Source of the DNA: Candidatus Marinacidobacterales bacterium
Lineage (GTDB): Bacteria; Acidobacteriota; Vicinamibacteria; Marinacidobacterales; DATDRI01
Length of the DNA stretch: 64,000 nucleotides
NCBI GenBank assembly: GCA_965226495.1
Contig: OZ245365.1
Coordinates: 2,752,001-2,816,000, forward strand
Reading direction: 5' to 3'
Under the pieces are notes generated by a model. The model was not told the DNA's origin, did no database searches, and was given only the letters and a program-made list of their open reading frames with translations. A program made the translations under genes and the position numbers. Positions 59,935 to 64,000 of this stretch are shown one piece after another (position 1 is the stretch's first letter; each line of letters starts with the position of its first letter).

Positions 59935-60077
59935 TCAGCCCAGGACGGGTTACGGCGCGCGCGGGGTTCTGCTGATCGTGCTCTTCACGTGCTTCCCAGT
60001 TTACGGGGAACCAAGGTTTTCTCGATGCTCGGCGAGAGGGCTGGTTGACGGAAGGCTTGAGCAACCCCTTCCCACTC
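59935..60077 (-). pseudogene. Degraded 3' half of pemK
   Basis: ACCAAG.TTTTCTCGATGCTCG and GAAGGCTTGAG match 57449-57499; stop context ACTCAGCC shared. Confidence 0.75.
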
Positions 60078-60383
60078 CTTGCCAAGACTTCATTCGTAAA
60101 GAGCTTGCCCAGGAAGTCAGGTTTTGACCGGTGAGGCGAGTTTGACTTTGAAGCTCCGAAAGTGCATACTTTCTTTGGAGGCTTTGGGGCGGCAACGTCT
60201 CATTGCCCTTTTTTATTAGGGCCTATCCTACCATCCTCTCAGATCGTCGATTACGGCGAAACTCCAGATTACGAAATCAGACGTACCTATCACCTACTGG
60301 CTCGGACCTCCGTGCATGGGTTACGCACGTTTCACTTCGCGCCTGGCCCACGGCGCGATAAAATAGGCTCTTTGGGGCAAGAA

Positions 60384-61979
60384 ATGGCTACGTTCTACCT
60401 GACCACCGCGATCGACTATGTCAACAGCCGCCCACACCTCGGGACGGCCTACGAGAAGATCACAGCCGACGTCATCGCACGTTACAAACGCCTCGCCGGG
60501 GTGGATACCCACTTTCTGATGGGCAACGACGAGCACTCCCTCAACGTATACAAAAAGGCAAGCGAGGAGGGCCTGGAACCCCTGGCCTACTGCGACAAAA
60601 TGGAAAAGGAATTCCGGGACGTTTGGAGGCGCCTGGACATCTCTTACGACGACTTCATTCGTACCACCGAGGAACGACACCGCATCGCGGTCACCACTCT
60701 TCTGGAGCGTATCCGTGACGCCGGGGACGTGTACGACGGGGAGTACGAAGGCTGGTATTGCGTTTCCTGCGAGAGCTTCAAGCAGGAAAAAGACCTAGTC
60801 GATGGAAAGTGTCCGATTCACAACACCGAGCCCAAGTGGATCAAGGAAAAGAACCACTTCTTTCGGCTCTCCAAGTACCAGGAGCCGCTCTTGAAGCACT
60901 ATGCGGAGCATCCCGAGGCCCTCGAGCCCGAGATTCGCCGCAACGAGATTCTTCGCGTCATCGAGGGTGGACTCGATGACATATCGATAAGCCGCGAAAG
61001 CCAGAAATGGGGTATCCCGGTGTCCTTCGACCCGGATAGCGTCGTCTACGTCTGGTTCGATGCGCTCATCAATTACATTTCTGCCGTCGGATTCGGACAA
61101 GACGACAACCTCTTCGCGCGGTGGTGGCCGGCCGATCTCCATGTCATCGGCAAGGACATCACTCGTTTTCACTCCATCATCTGGCCCGCGATGTTGATGA
61201 GCGCCGGTGTACCAGTCCCCAAGCAGGTCTTCGGCCATGGATTCGTTTACTTCAAGGGCGAAAAAATGAGTAAGTCCTTGGGCACCGTCGTCGATCCACT
61301 GGATGCGGCGGATCGGTTCGGGCCTGATCCCCTGAGGCTCTATCTGGTCCGCGAGATCGCGTATGGCCAAGATGGAGACTTTTCCTGGGAGCGGTTTGAA
61401 ACTCGTTACAATGCTGATCTCGCCAACAACCTGGGCAACCTCCTTAGTCGCATCGCCGCGATGTCGCAGAAATATCGCGACGGGGAGCTTGGCTCACCCA
61501 CCGGCTCGCCGGGGCGGCTGGCGAAGATCGCAGAGGAATCGCTTAAAAGTTACCGGGAGGCGATGGATCGCTTCGCTCTGCAGGACGGCGCGGCGGCCGC
61601 TTTCCGCCTCATCGACGCGACCAACGAGTTCATCACCGAACGTCAGCCGTGGACCCTAGCCAAGGAGTCGTCGAAGGAAGAAGAGCTTCGCCAGGTCCTT
61701 TACGCGTCCGCAGAGGCGCTTCGCATCGCAGCGACTCTGTTGTTCCCGGTGATGCCAACTTCGTGTGCGGCGATCTTGAGTAGATTGGGGATCGCCAAGC
61801 CTGCAGCCGAGCTACGCCTCGATACCGACGCCACCTGGGGCAGCGCCGGCACGCTTACGACCAGGAAGGGAGAACCGCTCTGGCCACGATTAGAAACCAG
61901 CAGCCCTGAGCCCACGCGGAGTCGCCCGCCGGCCGCGGCGAGCCTGCCGAGCGGAGGCCAGCGGCCGAACGAGGAGTGA
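60384..61979 (+). CDS. metG: Methionine--tRNA ligase, short form
   Basis: FYLTTAIDYVN..PHLG, YVWFDAL, GKDI.RFH, KMSKS, LANNLGNL. Confidence 0.97.
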   Translation: MATFYLTTAIDYVNSRPHLGTAYEKITADVIARYKRLAGVDTHFLMGNDEHSLNVYKKASEEGLEPLAYCDKMEKEFRDVWRRLDISYDDFIRTTEERHRIAVTTLLERIRDAGDVYDGEYEGWYCVSCESFKQEKDLVDGKCPIHNTEPKWIKEKNHFFRLSKYQEPLLKHYAEHPEALEPEIRRNEILRVIEGGLDDISISRESQKWGIPVSFDPDSVVYVWFDALINYISAVGFGQDDNLFARWWPADLHVIGKDITRFHSIIWPAMLMSAGVPVPKQVFGHGFVYFKGEKMSKSLGTVVDPLDAADRFGPDPLRLYLVREIAYGQDGDFSWERFETRYNADLANNLGNLLSRIAAMSQKYRDGELGSPTGSPGRLAKIAEESLKSYREAMDRFALQDGAAAAFRLIDATNEFITERQPWTLAKESSKEEELRQVLYASAEALRIAATLLFPVMPTSCAAILSRLGIAKPAAELRLDTDATWGSAGTLTTRKGEPLWPRLETSSPEPTRSRPPAAASLPSGGQRPNEE

Positions 61980-62037
61980 GGCCGCAAGTTAGCGTAGCCG
62001 ACGGAGCGTGAGGCGTTGGGGGTGGGGCCCCAACGCC
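61907..62037 (+). repeat. Dispersed modular repeat, copy B, overlapping the metG 3' end
   Basis: Homologous blocks to 15410-15547. Confidence 0.8.
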
Positions 62038-62066
62038 AGCAATGAAAGTCCCACAACAGGAGGACC

Positions 62067-63584
62067 ATGAAGACCAGAACTTTTTTCGCGGCACTCGCCG
62101 TGTTACTCCTAGGCACTGCCTCCCGGTTGGCCGCCCAGAGTCTCGACGAGTTCGAAAAATCGGTCACCGAGCATACGCTCGAGAATGGAATGAGATTCTT
62201 CATCGTGGAGCGGCGCGAGATCCCGGTGGTGTCTTTCCACATCTACGCCAACGTCGGCTCCGTCGACGAAGAAAACGGCATGAGCGGCATGGCTCACATG
62301 TTCGAGCATATGGCCTTCAAAGGCACCAAAGACATCGGCACCACCGACTACGTCGCGGAAAGAAGCGCGCTGGACAAAGTGGACGAGTTGGTCGCCGCGA
62401 TTCAAGAAGAGCGGTTAAAGGGTGATGGAGCCGACACCGAGCGCCTCAAGGGACTTGAAAGCGAATTCAAAGAAGCCCAACGCGCCGCCAACGACTTCGT
62501 CATCAACAACAAGTTCAGTGAGATCGTCGAGGAGAACGGTGCGGTGGGCCTCAATGCCACAACCTCGATGGACGCCACCCGTTACTTCTACAGCCTTCCC
62601 TCCAACAAGCTCGAGCTCTGGTTCTCGCTCGAGTCCGACCGCTTCTTGAATCCAGTCTTACGCGAGTTCTACAAGGAGAGGGACGTCGTCATCGAAGAAC
62701 GACGGATGCGAGTCGAGAGCCAGCCGGTCGGAAATCTTCTCGAGGACTTCTTGTCGGTCGCTTACAAAGCCCATCCCTATAGCCGGAACACGATCGGATG
62801 GTACTCTGATCTAGATAACCTCACACGACCAGCGGCGAGGGAGTTCTTTCGCCGCTTCTATACTCCTTCGAACTTGACGGCTTTCATCGTAGGGGATGTC
62901 GATCCCCAGGAGGTCATCCGCTTTGCGGAGCTCTATTTCGGTCGACTCCCCGAAGGTCCACCGCCACCGGGCTTATGGACACGTGAGCCTCCTCAAGAGG
63001 GTGAACGGCGGACCACCGTCTATGCGCAGTCTCAGCCTCTTGTCCTCATGGGTTACCACAAGCCCGACGTGACCCATCGCGACGACGCCGTTTTCGACGC
63101 CGTCCAAGACATCCTGTCCGGCGGGCGTACTTCTCGGCTATACCGAACCTTAGTTGAGGACAAAAAGATCGCGGTAGCCGCCGGCGGTTTTCCCGGGTTT
63201 CCAGGAAACAAGTACGCGAACCTATTCGTATTCTTCGCCTTTCCCACCCCTGGCCATACCAACGAAGAAAGCGAAAAAGCCATGCTAGCTGAGATCGAGC
63301 GGCTTAAGACCGAGCTCGTCACCGAAGACGAGATCGAGCGGCTCAAACACCGCGCCAGGGCTCGCCTCATTGCGCAGCTCGATTCCAACTCCGGCCTAGC
63401 GAGCCAGCTCGCCGCCTACCAAGTCCTTACCGGGGATTGGCGCAACCGTTTTCGCACGCTGGAAGACATCGATAACGTCACGCGAGAAGACATCCAGCGC
63501 ATCGCCCAAACCTATTTCACCGAGCGGAATCGGACCGTCGGCTATTTATTGACTGACCGGGCAGAACAGCCCACTGGCCGCTAG
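62067..63584 (+). CDS. M16 family zinc peptidase
   Basis: HMFEHMAFKGT (HxxEH), NATTS.D.T.Y; signal peptide. Confidence 0.94.
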   Translation: MKTRTFFAALAVLLLGTASRLAAQSLDEFEKSVTEHTLENGMRFFIVERREIPVVSFHIYANVGSVDEENGMSGMAHMFEHMAFKGTKDIGTTDYVAERSALDKVDELVAAIQEERLKGDGADTERLKGLESEFKEAQRAANDFVINNKFSEIVEENGAVGLNATTSMDATRYFYSLPSNKLELWFSLESDRFLNPVLREFYKERDVVIEERRMRVESQPVGNLLEDFLSVAYKAHPYSRNTIGWYSDLDNLTRPAAREFFRRFYTPSNLTAFIVGDVDPQEVIRFAELYFGRLPEGPPPPGLWTREPPQEGERRTTVYAQSQPLVLMGYHKPDVTHRDDAVFDAVQDILSGGRTSRLYRTLVEDKKIAVAAGGFPGFPGNKYANLFVFFAFPTPGHTNEESEKAMLAEIERLKTELVTEDEIERLKHRARARLIAQLDSNSGLASQLAAYQVLTGDWRNRFRTLEDIDNVTREDIQRIAQTYFTERNRTVGYLLTDRAEQPTGR

Positions 63585-63594
63585 GAGGGGTGTC

Positions 63595-64000
63595 ATGAGA
63601 AGACAAGCGCGACGAAACCACCGCCTCACCAGCCTTCTTTTAGCCATCGGCATCTTGCTCTGCTGGAGCGCGACTGCGGACGCTCAGAAACCCTACGATG
63701 AGCTGACGTATCCCGCCCTCCGCGACGTTCAGGTTCCCGACGTCGACCGGACCGAGCTTCCGAATGGGATGGTGCTTTATCTTCTCGAGGATCACACGCT
63801 ACCGAAGGTCCGCGGCTTCGCCCTCATACGAACCGGTGACCTCTGGGAGCCATCGGACAAGGTCGGTCTTGCCAGTATCGTCGGGCAAGTCATGAGAACG
63901 GGCGGAACGACAACTCGTAGCGGAGACGAGATCAACGAGATCCTGGAAGACGTCGGCGCCTCGGTCGAGACCGGTATTGGCGGAAGTTCTGGCTCCGCTT
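63595..64000 (+). CDS. M16 peptidase partner subunit (runs off the window)
   Basis: Manual translation: signal peptide, ELPNGMVLYLLEDHTLP...KVGLAS...MRTGGT; GGAGGG RBS. Confidence 0.85.
   Translation, partial: MRRQARRNHRLTSLLLAIGILLCWSATADAQKPYDELTYPALRDVQVPDVDRTELPNGMVLYLLEDHTLPKVRGFALIRTGDLWEPSDKVGLASIVGQVMRTGGTTTRSGDEINEILEDVGASVETGIGGSSGSA

Larger units (their letters stand above)
58329..60077 (-). mobile_element. Transposase + degraded pemK unit, copy 2 (ends approximate)
   Basis: Same left-end motif GCAATGGGAGTTGGAG and same upstream block as copy 1. Confidence 0.7.

Noticed and set aside
55772-60077. Classical composite transposon around the TA pair
   Set aside because: The copies are clearly diverged and each has its own pemK sequence, so the TA lies inside the repeating unit

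Overview
GC-rich bacterial chromosome segment; the gene content (TolB-repeat Ser/Thr kinase, SpoIVB/propeller pair, many TPR proteins and secreted peptidases) suggests Acidobacteriota, by inference only. Left end: a minus-strand supra-operon (aroD-aroE fusion, hisZ-G-D-C-B-H-A-F-IE, chorismate mutase, DAHP synthase). It is preceded by a sigma70-like promoter, an unannotated 52-codon leader ORF ending in HGNFGHLTYHRYHY, an alternative pairing and a strong terminator, i.e. a candidate His+Tyr attenuator. Middle: ECF sigma/anti-sigma(TonB-C) pair, a MITE, a 6S-like rod RNA and pheT-pheS. Next to pheS lies an HNH - kinase - pheS relic - HNH block in which the relic differs from pheS almost only at synonymous sites. 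Then gnd/pgl, an ABC exporter whose permease is fused to an amidohydrolase next to a secreted M55 peptidase, several hydrolases and arginase. Right end: a broken large surface-protein gene hit by two diverged copies of a DDE transposase unit carrying a PemK/MazF module, then metG and an M16 peptidase pair. All calls come from reading the sequence and recognising motifs; no searches were run.
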